Origin: a bacterium
GTDB lineage: Bacteria; Hydrothermota; UBA3072; JAPDKE01
Reading direction: 5' to 3'
Assembly (NCBI GenBank): GCA_029258725.1
Contig: JAPDKE010000019.1
Span: 11,033-75,032 of the forward strand
Length of the DNA: 64,000 nt
The notes beneath the pieces are model-generated. The model was given only the letters and a program-made list of their open reading frames with translations, ran no database searches and was not told the DNA's origin. Both the position numbers and the translations under genes were made by a program. Below are positions 43,509-52,452 of the stretch, piece by piece; position 1 is the stretch's first letter; every line of letters starts with the position of its first letter.

Positions 43509-44820
43509 GAACAAAGACCTCCATCTCTTCTCTGGTTCTCTTTTCAGTAACCGCAACAAGAAGTCTTTTTTCCCATTCCTTTTTGAATCTTCCCAGGTCA
43601 ACCCCGGGAAGTATTTTTTCTTTCATGAGTTTCCTCACAACCTCGTGTGCAGGTATGCTGAGTTCCACGACAAATTCCCTGAAGAAGGGTTTATAAAGAA
43701 TCTTAAACCCCTCCTCCTCAAACCTCCCTGCAAGGTAATTTGCCTTTTTTGCACACTGCTCTGCAACCTCCCTTATGCCATTCTTTCCCATCAGTGCAAG
43801 ATAAACACATGCAGCAAGGGCACAGAGTCCTTCATTCGTGCATATGTTTGAGGTCGCCCTCTCCCTTCTTATGTGCTGTTCCCTGGTCTGGAGGGTCATA
43901 ACAAATCCTCTGTTCCCATCCCTGTCCACGGTTTTTCCTATAATTCTTCCCGGCATCTGCCTTATGTATTCCCTTTTTGCCGTAAATATTCCCAGGAATG
44001 GACCACCAAACGATGCAGGAATTCCCAGGGGCTGTCCCTCTCCTGTTGCAATATCCGCGTTGTATGCACCCGGAGGTTCAAGGACACCGAGAGAAATCGG
44101 GTCAACTGAGACGATGAGCAATGCACCTTTTGAATGCACAATTTTCTCTATCTCAAACACCTCCTCAAGCGTTCCGAAGAAGTTTGGATGCTGGAACACG
44201 AAGGAGGATGTATTCTCGTCCATGAGTTCTGAAAGTGCATCAAGGTCTGTTTTTCCATCCTTTTCAGGAACTTTCACAAGTTCAAATGGAGTATTGAAGA
44301 GATAGGTCTCTATGACCCGAAGGTAATAGGGATGAACTGTCCCGGAGAGGAGAACCCGGTTTTTCCTGTTTATCCTCCTTCCCATGAGGATTGCCTCAGC
44401 AAGTGCGGTTGCGCCGTCGTAAACTGAGGCGTTTGACACATCCATCTGTGTCAGTTCGCATATCATGGACTGGTATTCATAGATTGCCTGAAGGGTCCCC
44501 TGGGATACCTCCGCCTGATAGGGGGTATAGGCGGTGTAGAACTCCGGGCGGAGCAGAATGTGGTTTACAGGGGCGGGAATGTAGTGGTCGTACGCACCTG
44601 CACCCATGAAGCATATATATTCATCAAACGAGGCATTTTCCTTTGAGAGTTCGCGCAGGATTTTCCATGCCTCGTATTCAGATACAGGAGGAGGGAGGTT
44701 GAGTTCTCCTTTAAATCTCAGTTCCTCAGGGATGGGGGTTAAGAGTTCCTCAAATGAAACCCCCATCTTTTCAAGCATTTTTTTTCTTTCTTCCGGGGTT
44801 ATGGGAATGTATCCGCTCAT
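43483..44820 (-). CDS. gcvPA: glycine dehydrogenase (decarboxylating) subunit 1
   Basis: 445 aa, MSGYIPITPEERKKMLEKMGV... YTPYQAEVSQGTLQAIYEYQ. Confidence 0.94.
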   Translation of the reverse strand: MSGYIPITPEERKKMLEKMGVSFEELLTPIPEELRFKGELNLPPPVSEYEAWKILRELSKENASFDEYICFMGAGAYDHYIPAPVNHILLRPEFYTAYTPYQAEVSQGTLQAIYEYQSMICELTQMDVSNASVYDGATALAEAILMGRRINRKNRVLLSGTVHPYYLRVIETYLFNTPFELVKVPEKDGKTDLDALSELMDENTSSFVFQHPNFFGTLEEVFEIEKIVHSKGALLIVSVDPISLGVLEPPGAYNADIATGEGQPLGIPASFGGPFLGIFTAKREYIRQMPGRIIGKTVDRDGNRGFVMTLQTREQHIRRERATSNICTNEGLCALAACVYLALMGKNGIREVAEQCAKKANYLAGRFEEEGFKILYKPFFREFVVELSIPAHEVVRKLMKEKILPGVDLGRFKKEWEKRLLVAVTEKRTREEMEVFVHALKAQAS

Positions 44821-45197
44821 TGTCCTATGTGTTTTTTGTATTGGTCTGCTGTCATGAGTTCCTTCAGTTCATCAGGATTCTCCATCTTTATCTTTACCAT
44901 CCATCCCTCACCGTAGGGATCAGAGTTCACAACCTGGGGGCTTGTTTTGAGATTCTCATTTACCTCCACTATCTCCCCGCTCACAGCTGCGTAAAGGTCC
45001 GCAACGGTCTTCACCGCCTCTATGGTTCCTATTGCCTCTCCCTTTTTTACCTTTCTTCCAACCTGGGGGAGTTCAACATAGACAATGTCAGAAAGTTCGC
45101 TCTGGGCATAGTCTGTTATCCCTTCCGTTGCTATATCTCCCTCAACCCTTATCCACTCATGGTCCTTTGAATAATAAAGTCCATCCGGGATGTTCAT
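44817..45197 (-). CDS. gcvH: glycine cleavage system H protein
   Basis: 126 aa, YSKDHEWIRVEGDIATEGITDYAQSELSDIVYVELP..G..IGTIEAVKTVADLY (lipoyl-Lys). Confidence 0.95.
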   Translation of the reverse strand: MNIPDGLYYSKDHEWIRVEGDIATEGITDYAQSELSDIVYVELPQVGRKVKKGEAIGTIEAVKTVADLYAAVSGEIVEVNENLKTSPQVVNSDPYGEGWMVKIKMENPDELKELMTADQYKKHIGQ

Positions 45198-45206
45198 CCT
45201 TACCTC

Positions 45207-46298
45207 CTATTTGTGTGATGCGTTTTTCCAGAAGGGAGGCTTGATTATCACTGCGGGTTCCCTTCTTCCCCTTATATCCACCTCTATTTCAGTTCCAGGT
45301 TTACTGTCCTCTATCCTCACGTATCCCATCCCTATCCCTTTTTCAAGTGTTGGGGAATAGGTCCCGCTTGTCACCTCCCCTATTCTTTCATCTCCCTTAT
45401 ATATGGCATACCCGTGTCTGGGTATTCCCTTCCCTTTCATCTCAAATCCAACAAGTTTCCTCTTTATCCCCTCTTCCTTTTGACGGAGGAGGGCTTCCCT
45501 TCCTATGAAGTCTCCCTTGTTGAACTTTGTAATCCAGGAAAGACCGGCCTCAAGCGGGGTTGTATCCCTGGTTATATCATTTCCATAGAGGCAGTACTTC
45601 ATCTCAAGCCTCAGGGTATCCCTTGCACCAAGTCCGCAGGGTCCTATATTTTCATCCTTTCCAAGTTCCATAATTCTATCCCATATTTTGCATGCCTCTT
45701 CAGGGTCTCCGTAGAGTTCAAACCCGTCCTCTCCGGTGTATCCTGTTCTTGAAAGCAAATACTTCTTTCCCTCTATCTCAACCTCGGTTGCGCGATAGTA
45801 TCCGAGTTCCTCTATGGGTTCTTTCACCAGTTTTTTCATCACCCTTTCCGAAAGGGGTCCCTGGATTGCAAGCTGGAATGTTCTGTCACTTGTATTTTCT
45901 ATCTCCACGTTCCCTCTTTTATTCTCCTTTATCCATTCGTAGTCCTTTTCCGTGTTTGCCGCATTCACAACCAGGAGGAATTTATCGGGCAGACGGTAAA
46001 CAAGGAGGTCATCAACAATTCCCCCATCAGGATAGCACATGGCGGAGTACTGAACCTGGAAGAGCTCAAGTTTTGAGGCATCGTTTGTTGTTATGTAGTT
46101 TACAAATTCAAGGGCATCGGGACCTTTTATTTCTATTTCTCCCATGTGGCTCACATCAAACACGCCAACCCCTTTCCTCACCCTGAGGACCTCATCTATA
46201 ATGCCCGTATACTGAATGGGCATGAGAAAACCGGCAAATTCAACAATTTTTGCCCCGTATTCCAGATGTTTCTCATAAAGAGGTGTGCGCTTTGCCAT
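45207..46298 (-). CDS. gcvT: aminomethyltransferase (glycine cleavage T protein)
   Basis: 363 aa, MAKRTPLYEKHLEYGAKIVEFAGFLMPIQY...VGVFDVSHMGEIEIKG. Confidence 0.95.
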   Translation of the reverse strand: MAKRTPLYEKHLEYGAKIVEFAGFLMPIQYTGIIDEVLRVRKGVGVFDVSHMGEIEIKGPDALEFVNYITTNDASKLELFQVQYSAMCYPDGGIVDDLLVYRLPDKFLLVVNAANTEKDYEWIKENKRGNVEIENTSDRTFQLAIQGPLSERVMKKLVKEPIEELGYYRATEVEIEGKKYLLSRTGYTGEDGFELYGDPEEACKIWDRIMELGKDENIGPCGLGARDTLRLEMKYCLYGNDITRDTTPLEAGLSWITKFNKGDFIGREALLRQKEEGIKRKLVGFEMKGKGIPRHGYAIYKGDERIGEVTSGTYSPTLEKGIGMGYVRIEDSKPGTEIEVDIRGRREPAVIIKPPFWKNASHK

Positions 46299-46319
46299 CC
46301 ATACCTCCGTTTTTTCCCG

Positions 46320-46347
46320 ATTATAGATAAAAGGGGGAAAATGTCAA
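46320..46347 (-). promoter_or_regulatory. consensus sigma70 promoter for gcvT-gcvH-gcvPA (TTGACA-16-TATAAT)
   Basis: The minus strand reads caaTTGACAttttcccccttttatcTATAATcgggaaaaaacGGAGGtatggATG, leaving a 5' UTR of only about 20 nt. Confidence 0.65.
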
Positions 46348-46556
46348 TTGAAAAGACTTACCGCAGGAAATTCAGAAAGGTCTTTAACTTGTCCGGTTTT
46401 TGGGAAAAATGCGGGAACACTTTTCATATATTCTCTATATGAATCCCCAAAACACATAATGAGTTCCATTTCCTCCACAAAATCCGCACCAGAGGTCATA
46501 AGAGATTTTAAAACCATCCTTATTCCCAGCAAAGAAAGCAAAACCGAGAGAACCAC
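46344..46556 (-). pseudogene. possible remnant of an isoprenylcysteine/phospholipid methyltransferase (ICMT/PEMT-like) C-terminus
   Basis: 70-aa ORF with ..FVEEMELIMCFGDSYREYMKSVPAFFPK, like the EE..L...FG..Y..Y...VP family tail. The open frame is at most ~95 codons, and a terminator lies directly upstream, so the ~100-aa N-terminal body is missing. Confidence 0.3.
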
Positions 46557-46647
46557 TCTTACCCCGAATACCGGTTTTGCACAGGATTTGAGATATTCTT
46601 CAAGCGGAACCGCAAGGAATGAAAGTCAGAAGGAACGGAATGGTATG

Positions 46648-46676
46648 AAAAGGGGGGGAGGGAAACCCTCCCCCTT
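46648..46676 (-). terminator. rho-independent terminator after the 400-aa barrel gene
   Basis: The minus strand reads GGGGGAGGGtttCCCTCCCCCccTTTTcat. The 9-bp G/C stem has a 3-nt loop and a T tract, and starts 4 nt after the stop codon at 46680..46682. Confidence 0.7.
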
Positions 46677-46679
46677 GCC

Positions 46680-47882
46680 TCAGAATGAGAGTTTCGCCCT
46701 CAGGATGGCTCCCCGGAAGTCCTCAAGTCTGTCAAATATCGTTCCTCCCTCTCCCTCACCATAGAAGTACCCGGCCTCCACCTGAATATTATCCGTGGGA
46801 TGATACTCCACGGATGGAGAAACCATCCAGCCAAGGGAGTCATCCCTCATCTCCACCCCACCATTCAAAGCCACTTTGAGTTTATCATCAAACAATGTGT
46901 ATTCAAGCCTCCCCATGACAAAGTCTCCCAGGTTCCTCCCCTCTTCCTTTCTCTCAAACGGAAGTCCATGCGCATACTGCACATTTATGTAAAGGTCGTG
47001 CCAGGAATAGTCAAACCCGAATGTTCCCTTCCAGTAGGAAGGAAGGGTATCGGATGCAGCATACTGGGGTCCAATGGGAGAAACATCAACCCAGGTGGTG
47101 CATACCCCATCAGGTATAAAGTAGGCAACCTCTCCCCAGAGACCAACAGAGAAAAGTTCTCCTGCGAAGTCAAACCCGAATACCTTCTCCCTTGAGAAGG
47201 AATAACTGAAGAGATAGGGAAGCTGGAGAGTATCCACATATACATGAGCAAGATAGGGAAAGTCGTCGTATCCATCAAAGTAGGAAAGAGAGAAGTCAAA
47301 GTTGAAGAGATTTCCCTTGAACTTCACCGCATACTGCATGTTTTCAGGTCTTGCCTCAGGATACTCAACAGGTCCTGGAGGGATGGTAACTATTCCATCC
47401 TGTGGAAGGAGGGCGGGATGGAATATGGGAAGCAGAACACCGGTAAGGGAAAAGTCACCCACATAGTAGGAAAGCATTACAGCCTCGGTCGGGATATGCT
47501 CACCGAAGTTTATGGGATTTGAGAGGTCATCAGGATTGAGATTATCAGTGGGATTGAGCTTGTCCGCAGTTCCCCATGATATTCTCTGCTTTCCTGCCTT
47601 GAGGTCAAGATTCTCTATAAGAAAGTCCGAAACCTCAAAGTATGCCTCATACACGGAAAGGTCGTAGGGATAAAGATTTTCTCTTGCTCCCATCTCTCCC
47701 GTAACATCGTAGAATCTGAGGTCAAAGGAGAAAAGACCATAGAGGTCTCCCTGTCCTGTGGTTGCCTCAACCCTGAGGGTATTGAAGATGGGGTAAAAAC
47801 TCAGGGTGTCATCAACAAGAATCCAGCGGTTGAGTTCAAGATACCCTGAAAAGCTGAGCGCAAGCAGAAAAAGCATATCCAC
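46680..47882 (-). CDS. outer-membrane beta-barrel protein (uncharacterised; last gene of the RND/LolA-like cluster)
   Basis: 400 aa with alternating-strand pattern and a C-terminal ..GAILRAKLSF. 7-nt gap to the upstream LolA-like gene. Confidence 0.5.
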   Translation of the reverse strand: MDMLFLLALSFSGYLELNRWILVDDTLSFYPIFNTLRVEATTGQGDLYGLFSFDLRFYDVTGEMGARENLYPYDLSVYEAYFEVSDFLIENLDLKAGKQRISWGTADKLNPTDNLNPDDLSNPINFGEHIPTEAVMLSYYVGDFSLTGVLLPIFHPALLPQDGIVTIPPGPVEYPEARPENMQYAVKFKGNLFNFDFSLSYFDGYDDFPYLAHVYVDTLQLPYLFSYSFSREKVFGFDFAGELFSVGLWGEVAYFIPDGVCTTWVDVSPIGPQYAASDTLPSYWKGTFGFDYSWHDLYINVQYAHGLPFERKEEGRNLGDFVMGRLEYTLFDDKLKVALNGGVEMRDDSLGWMVSPSVEYHPTDNIQVEAGYFYGEGEGGTIFDRLEDFRGAILRAKLSF

Positions 47883-47889
47883 CTCCTTT

Positions 47890-48585
47890 CTATCTGTACC
47901 TCTTCAGGTTCCTCTCCGTGAATATGTTATCGGAGAGACCCTGGTCAAACTTGACATCCTCCAGTTTCATTATCGTTTTGTGGCCTGTCTTGAGGTTTTC
48001 CATCACAAGTTCCTCAAAGGTCCAGTAGTTCCCCACCTTTTTCTCCTTCTTCATGGTCATCTCCTTCTCCTTGTCGCCCTTCTTTCCATAAAACTCCACC
48101 CTCTTCACGAGATAGTTGGACTTCTTCACCTCCATTATGAGTTTTGAATATGAAACATCGGCACCGGGCTTCGGGGTGAGTTCAAGAACCCAGGTTGAGT
48201 CAGTCTCACTTATTATCTTCCCATCCCACTTTTTCTTATAGTCAGAAGAACCTATGTCCTCATAGGAGAAATCGGAATTCATAAAGGACTCCTTCTTTGC
48301 ATGAGATGCAATCCTCCTCACCTTTTTGAAGGCAGGCATGAAGAGGTACATCCTCTCGTCAGAAAGGGAGAGAAATCCAACGCCCTTCACCTCATCCGGG
48401 GCAAGGAACCTTATGAGTTTCTTCTCCCCCCGCTGCCACATTCTTATCTTCCTTTCCTTCTTTTTTCCATTCCTGTCAACAAGCACCATTATCCCAACGC
48501 TCTCCCTGTCTCTGGGAGCATTCATAATGCTGTCAACCTTTGCAAGGATGTCGTTTCCGGTAAGGGAAAGAAGTAAAAGTATCAT
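47890..48585 (-). CDS. outer-membrane lipoprotein-sorting protein (LolA-like fold family)
   Basis: 231 aa, ..ILAKVDSIMNAPRDRES.GIMVLVDRNGKKKERKIRMWQRGEKK.LIRFLAPDEVKGVGFLSL...MYLFMPAFKKVRRI..SF.NSDFSYEDI. Confidence 0.65.
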   Translation of the reverse strand: MILLLLSLTGNDILAKVDSIMNAPRDRESVGIMVLVDRNGKKKERKIRMWQRGEKKLIRFLAPDEVKGVGFLSLSDERMYLFMPAFKKVRRIASHAKKESFMNSDFSYEDIGSSDYKKKWDGKIISETDSTWVLELTPKPGADVSYSKLIMEVKKSNYLVKRVEFYGKKGDKEKEMTMKKEKKVGNYWTFEELVMENLKTGHKTIMKLEDVKFDQGLSDNIFTERNLKRYR

Positions 48586-48588
48586 ACC

Positions 48589-51201
48589 TCACCTCCTTTC
48601 AATGTAGGAAGGTTTGTAGTAAAGAAGTAGGGCAGGGAGGAGCATGAGCGCAGAAAGTGAACTCACAAGCATGGTGAAAGAGACCAGCATTCCAAATCTC
48701 ACAAGGGGTATAAGGCTTCCTCCAAGGAGGGCAAGGAATCCCATCGTAACTGAGATTGCATTCACCATGATTGCAACGCCTGTCGTTTCAAGGGTCCTCT
48801 TTAAGGATTCTTTAAGGGATTTCCCTCTGAGGTGCTCCTCCCTGAAACGATGGGTGAAGTGGATGGTGTAGTCTATTCCCATACCTATGGCAAGGGATGC
48901 TATCATCATGGTTGCGTTGTCAAGGGGAATTTTAAGATATGCCATGAGTCCAAAGTTGAGAAGGATGGTGAAGACTATTGGGATGAGGGAAAATAGAGAA
49001 CCCTGAAGGGAGCGGAGTTGCCAGAGAATCATTAAGAAGACAAGAAACAGGGCAATGACAAGGGATTGAATCTGGTTTTTGAGCAATTTTCTGTCAAGCC
49101 TCACCTGTATTCTCGGAAATCCGGTCTGGATAACCTGAGGAGAGGATATGGATGGAAGTTTAACCGTGAAGTAATAAAGGTCTCCCTTTATTCTTTTCTC
49201 ATCCTCAAAAGAAAGTTTCCTTCCTCCGGTTATATTCGCATACATCGCATCTATCCTATTTTCCCTTTCCTCATCCTCAAGTCTCACCTCTATATCTTCA
49301 ATAAGATACTCCACATCCTCAGGAGGATAACCTGAAAGAAGCTTCTTTATACCTTCAAAATCACGCCTCAGGGAAAGTTTTATCACCTTATTTTTGAGAT
49401 AGGGAGGAAGTTCAATCATCGCCTCACTGCTCTCCAGGTACTTTTTTACCTCCCTTCCGGTAAGTGGTGGAGGCTCAACCTGAAGCATCTCCTTTTTCAC
49501 CTCAATCCCACACCTCTTTGCATCCTCCTCAAGCATCTCCCAGGCAATATCACGTGGAGGAGTCCTGAGTATCTTCTCCGCCTCGGCAACCACTTTCCTT
49601 ATCTCTCCTGTGTTGTCCGTTCCAACCGCAACCTCAATCGTTGCCTCCTTCTCCTCATCGTCCACCATCATGGAGAGAATGTCCTGCCCCTCCAGGAAAA
49701 ACCAGAGATTATCAACCTTGTCCCGGGTTTCCGGGACCGCATATATCCCATTCAGATTGTAATTCACCTCTGCGAGCATGGAGGCAATGGACCTGCTCCT
49801 CACAGCATGAGGAAGCCCTCTCAGTTTTTTCTCAAGATAGAACATGTATATCAGGGTCTCAGGAGACCTTATATCCCCCTTCACATCAACAACTATTGGA
49901 TTTGAACCACCAAACTTGTGGAAAACAATCTCATTTGTCTTCCTTACCTCACTTTCCGGCCTGAAGTATTCGGTAAGATTCACCGCCCTTGTTATCCTGG
50001 GTATCCCTGCTATGGAGGCGATGGCAAGGGTAAAGGCAACAGCAATTATAACCTTTTCCCTCCTCACAACAAAAAGAGAAAGAGAATCCATAAAACGTTT
50101 TGCAACCGTATGCTTTACCTCCTTCTTCTTTCTTATATGCATTGCACCAAGGAGGGTGGGGATTATGATGATGGAAAATATAAGGGCGAAAAGGACTCCA
50201 AGTCCGGAGAAGAGCCCGAATTCCCTTATCTGCCTCATGTCTGCTGTGAGGAAGGATAAGAATCCTGCAAGGGTTGTTGCCCCTGCCATGATAACGGGCT
50301 TCCCCACGGTCTTTATGGTCTTCACAATGTCCTTTTCCTCATAGAACCTGTTTATCACATGTATTCCGTATGCAGAACCTATGGATATAAGCAGAACGGG
50401 CATGATGTTTGAGACAAGGCTCAGGTCAACTCCGGTTATGCTCATCAATCCCACACTCCACACGGTTGCAATAAGGACGCAGAGTAGGGGTAAAAAGACT
50501 CCTGCTCCTGTGTGGAATCCTAAGAAGAGAACTATCATAACAAGAACAATGGTTATGGGCATGAGTTTTTTTATATCTCCGGTTATCATCTTATTCACAA
50601 AATGCATGACCGCGGGCAGTCCTCCATAGTAGGTCCTGAGGTCCCCTTTGAGTTTTTCGGTTGTCTTTATTATCTCCTCACCAACCTTCATCCGGTCATA
50701 TCCCTCAAGAACCTTTATCATTATTGCCGTATATCTTCCATCCTCAGAGACAATGGCACCCCGGTACATTTCCCTGCCCATTACATATTCCTTCAATCTT
50801 TCCAGTTCTTTTTTATCCTCCGGAATTTCCCCCTCAATGAGATTACCGACCTCAATCCCGTCCTCTATCTTTTTTATATCTATCATGCTCACGAGAGACT
50901 GGGTGAATCCAACACCTTCTATTTCCTTATATGCGTCTTCAAGTTTCTTTATCGTTGAGAGGACATGATGGGAGAAAATACTGTCACTCTCTATTATCAC
51001 AAGAACAAGGGTGTTTCCCCCAAACTTCTCCCCTATCTCCTTGTAAACCTTCACAACCGGGTCATTCTGAGGAAGAAAACTTATAAGGTCAGAATTGACC
51101 CCGACCTTCGGAACAAAATAACCAAAAACGAGCGTGAGTATAAAAACAACCGCAACCGCAGGCCTTCCCCTTCTCTTCACCCACTCCGCAAATCGCTCCA
51201 C
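48589..51201 (-). CDS. RND-superfamily exporter, MMPL / COG1033 (HpnN-like) type
   Basis: 870 aa. Two 6-TM bundles, each preceded by a soluble domain. SSD-like segments (..VLLISIGSAYGIHVINRF.. and ..ASLAIGMGIDYTIHFTHRF..). GTG start after AGGAGGTG. Confidence 0.85.
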   Translation of the reverse strand: MERFAEWVKRRGRPAVAVVFILTLVFGYFVPKVGVNSDLISFLPQNDPVVKVYKEIGEKFGGNTLVLVIIESDSIFSHHVLSTIKKLEDAYKEIEGVGFTQSLVSMIDIKKIEDGIEVGNLIEGEIPEDKKELERLKEYVMGREMYRGAIVSEDGRYTAIMIKVLEGYDRMKVGEEIIKTTEKLKGDLRTYYGGLPAVMHFVNKMITGDIKKLMPITIVLVMIVLFLGFHTGAGVFLPLLCVLIATVWSVGLMSITGVDLSLVSNIMPVLLISIGSAYGIHVINRFYEEKDIVKTIKTVGKPVIMAGATTLAGFLSFLTADMRQIREFGLFSGLGVLFALIFSIIIIPTLLGAMHIRKKKEVKHTVAKRFMDSLSLFVVRREKVIIAVAFTLAIASIAGIPRITRAVNLTEYFRPESEVRKTNEIVFHKFGGSNPIVVDVKGDIRSPETLIYMFYLEKKLRGLPHAVRSRSIASMLAEVNYNLNGIYAVPETRDKVDNLWFFLEGQDILSMMVDDEEKEATIEVAVGTDNTGEIRKVVAEAEKILRTPPRDIAWEMLEEDAKRCGIEVKKEMLQVEPPPLTGREVKKYLESSEAMIELPPYLKNKVIKLSLRRDFEGIKKLLSGYPPEDVEYLIEDIEVRLEDEERENRIDAMYANITGGRKLSFEDEKRIKGDLYYFTVKLPSISSPQVIQTGFPRIQVRLDRKLLKNQIQSLVIALFLVFLMILWQLRSLQGSLFSLIPIVFTILLNFGLMAYLKIPLDNATMMIASLAIGMGIDYTIHFTHRFREEHLRGKSLKESLKRTLETTGVAIMVNAISVTMGFLALLGGSLIPLVRFGMLVSFTMLVSSLSALMLLPALLLYYKPSYIERR

Positions 51202-51230
51202 AGCTCACCTCCTTTTTGTGCATTGCATAA

Positions 51231-51258
51231 AATATAAGAGATTTTTCCGGTTTGTCAA
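51231..51258 (-). promoter_or_regulatory. sigma70-type promoter for the RND cluster (TTGACA-16-TATATT)
   Basis: The minus strand reads ctCTTGACAaaccggaaaaatctctTATATTttatgcaatgcacaaaAAGGAGGTGagctGTG. Confidence 0.5.
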
Positions 51259-51265
51259 GAGGGGA

Positions 51266-51997
51266 TTAATGGAATGGGAGAAGGAAGGGGATAGAAAGAG
51301 AAGGATGGCTTTCCTTTCTCTCTTCTTCCGGAGGGAGTAAATCCCAACGGTCTCCCGTGAAATCATAGCCTTCATATTGTGGATCGTTTGTTTCGAATCT
51401 CAAAACCTTCTGTCTTACCAGTCCGACACCAGGGGCATAATATTCGGCTATTTTAAAGTTCTGATAATAAAGATGGGAATAAGAGGTATATTTAAGCATG
51501 TAATTGACTTCTATTTCAATACAGTCGTCGTATTCTTTCTTGAAAACAGTAACTCTTTTTCTTCCGGTAATTTCATAGTGAACCTTGAAATCCACATATT
51601 TCCTTTCATAATGAAGCTCCACATCCCACTCGTTACCAAGAATAAACGGAATCTCATACAGAAGCACCCATTCATCAAGGGTTTCGTCATATTCGGTAAT
51701 ACTGGTATCATCAACAGCCCATGTCGCAAGGTAGGAAAATCCTGCAGCTGGAACGGACATTTCAATATCAAATATCTTTCTTCCATCTTCCTCTTTTTCA
51801 AAAAGCACTCTAAAGTAGTAATAAATCCCCGGCAAATAATCCCGATAAGAATAACTGTAATACCGGTAACACATCTCCATTCCTTCATATAAAGGCATAT
51901 ACTCATATTCCCCTTCTATGGTTTTCAAAAGAGGAGTGAGGGGATTTTCGCTCATACAGGAAATGAACAGAAGAGAAAAAAACCACATTTTTTTCAT
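51266..51997 (-). CDS. hypothetical lipoprotein
   Basis: 243 aa. MKKMWFFSLLFISCMSEN (signal plus lipobox ISC). 4-nt overlap with the upstream gene. Rich in Y/E/W. Confidence 0.45.
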   Translation of the reverse strand: MKKMWFFSLLFISCMSENPLTPLLKTIEGEYEYMPLYEGMEMCYRYYSYSYRDYLPGIYYYFRVLFEKEEDGRKIFDIEMSVPAAGFSYLATWAVDDTSITEYDETLDEWVLLYEIPFILGNEWDVELHYERKYVDFKVHYEITGRKRVTVFKKEYDDCIEIEVNYMLKYTSYSHLYYQNFKIAEYYAPGVGLVRQKVLRFETNDPQYEGYDFTGDRWDLLPPEEERKESHPSLSIPFLLPFH

Positions 51998-52443
51998 ATT
52001 CTCCCCCTTATCCTTATACCCACACTGTAAAAAGAAATCCGGTCAAAAAAGGTGTAGGTTCCCTCAAGCTGAAGATTAACAAACCTGTTGAACACAAGGA
52101 ACGCATAACCTCCCGAAATCTCTCCTCCACGAATATCTCCTTCCTCCAGTCCTTCTTTATAACTCACTCTTTCCTTCGTTTTGACTATCGCATATCCTAT
52201 GTGTACACGAGATATTCTCACTCCTATACCTGCCTTCATCATCTGATTCAGGGAGAGGGTGATAGGAGGGGTTCTTTTCTCAAAATCTGTTACTGCATAC
52301 TCTCCATACACAAACCATCTTTTCCTTTCCAGCTCCACCCTGACTCCCCTTAAAAATCCGCTATTGAACCCCTCCGGTTCGATGGGAAATCCAGCACCTA
52401 TGCCTCCAGAAATAGCAATAATGGAAAACACCTGGAGTATCAT
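51994..52443 (-). CDS. hypothetical small beta-strand-rich envelope protein
   Basis: 149 aa with a hydrophobic N-terminus and alternating pattern. No family recognised. Confidence 0.4.
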   Translation of the reverse strand: MILQVFSIIAISGGIGAGFPIEPEGFNSGFLRGVRVELERKRWFVYGEYAVTDFEKRTPPITLSLNQMMKAGIGVRISRVHIGYAIVKTKERVSYKEGLEEGDIRGGEISGGYAFLVFNRFVNLQLEGTYTFFDRISFYSVGIRIRGRI

Positions 52444-52452
52444 GATTTTATG

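Noticed and set aside
43509-43601. Track start (43601) of the acyl-CoA ligase
   Set aside because: It would overlap gcvPA by 119 nt. The extra residues (MTWEDSKRNGKKDFLLRLLKREPEKRWRSLF) are not part of the ANL fold. The internal ATGs at 43508 or 43445 are more plausible.
46299-46343. Glycine riboswitch upstream of gcvT
   Set aside because: The consensus promoter leaves only about 20 nt of leader. No GGAGAG...CACCG-type aptamer cores are visible, and there is no room for a ~100-200-nt tandem aptamer.
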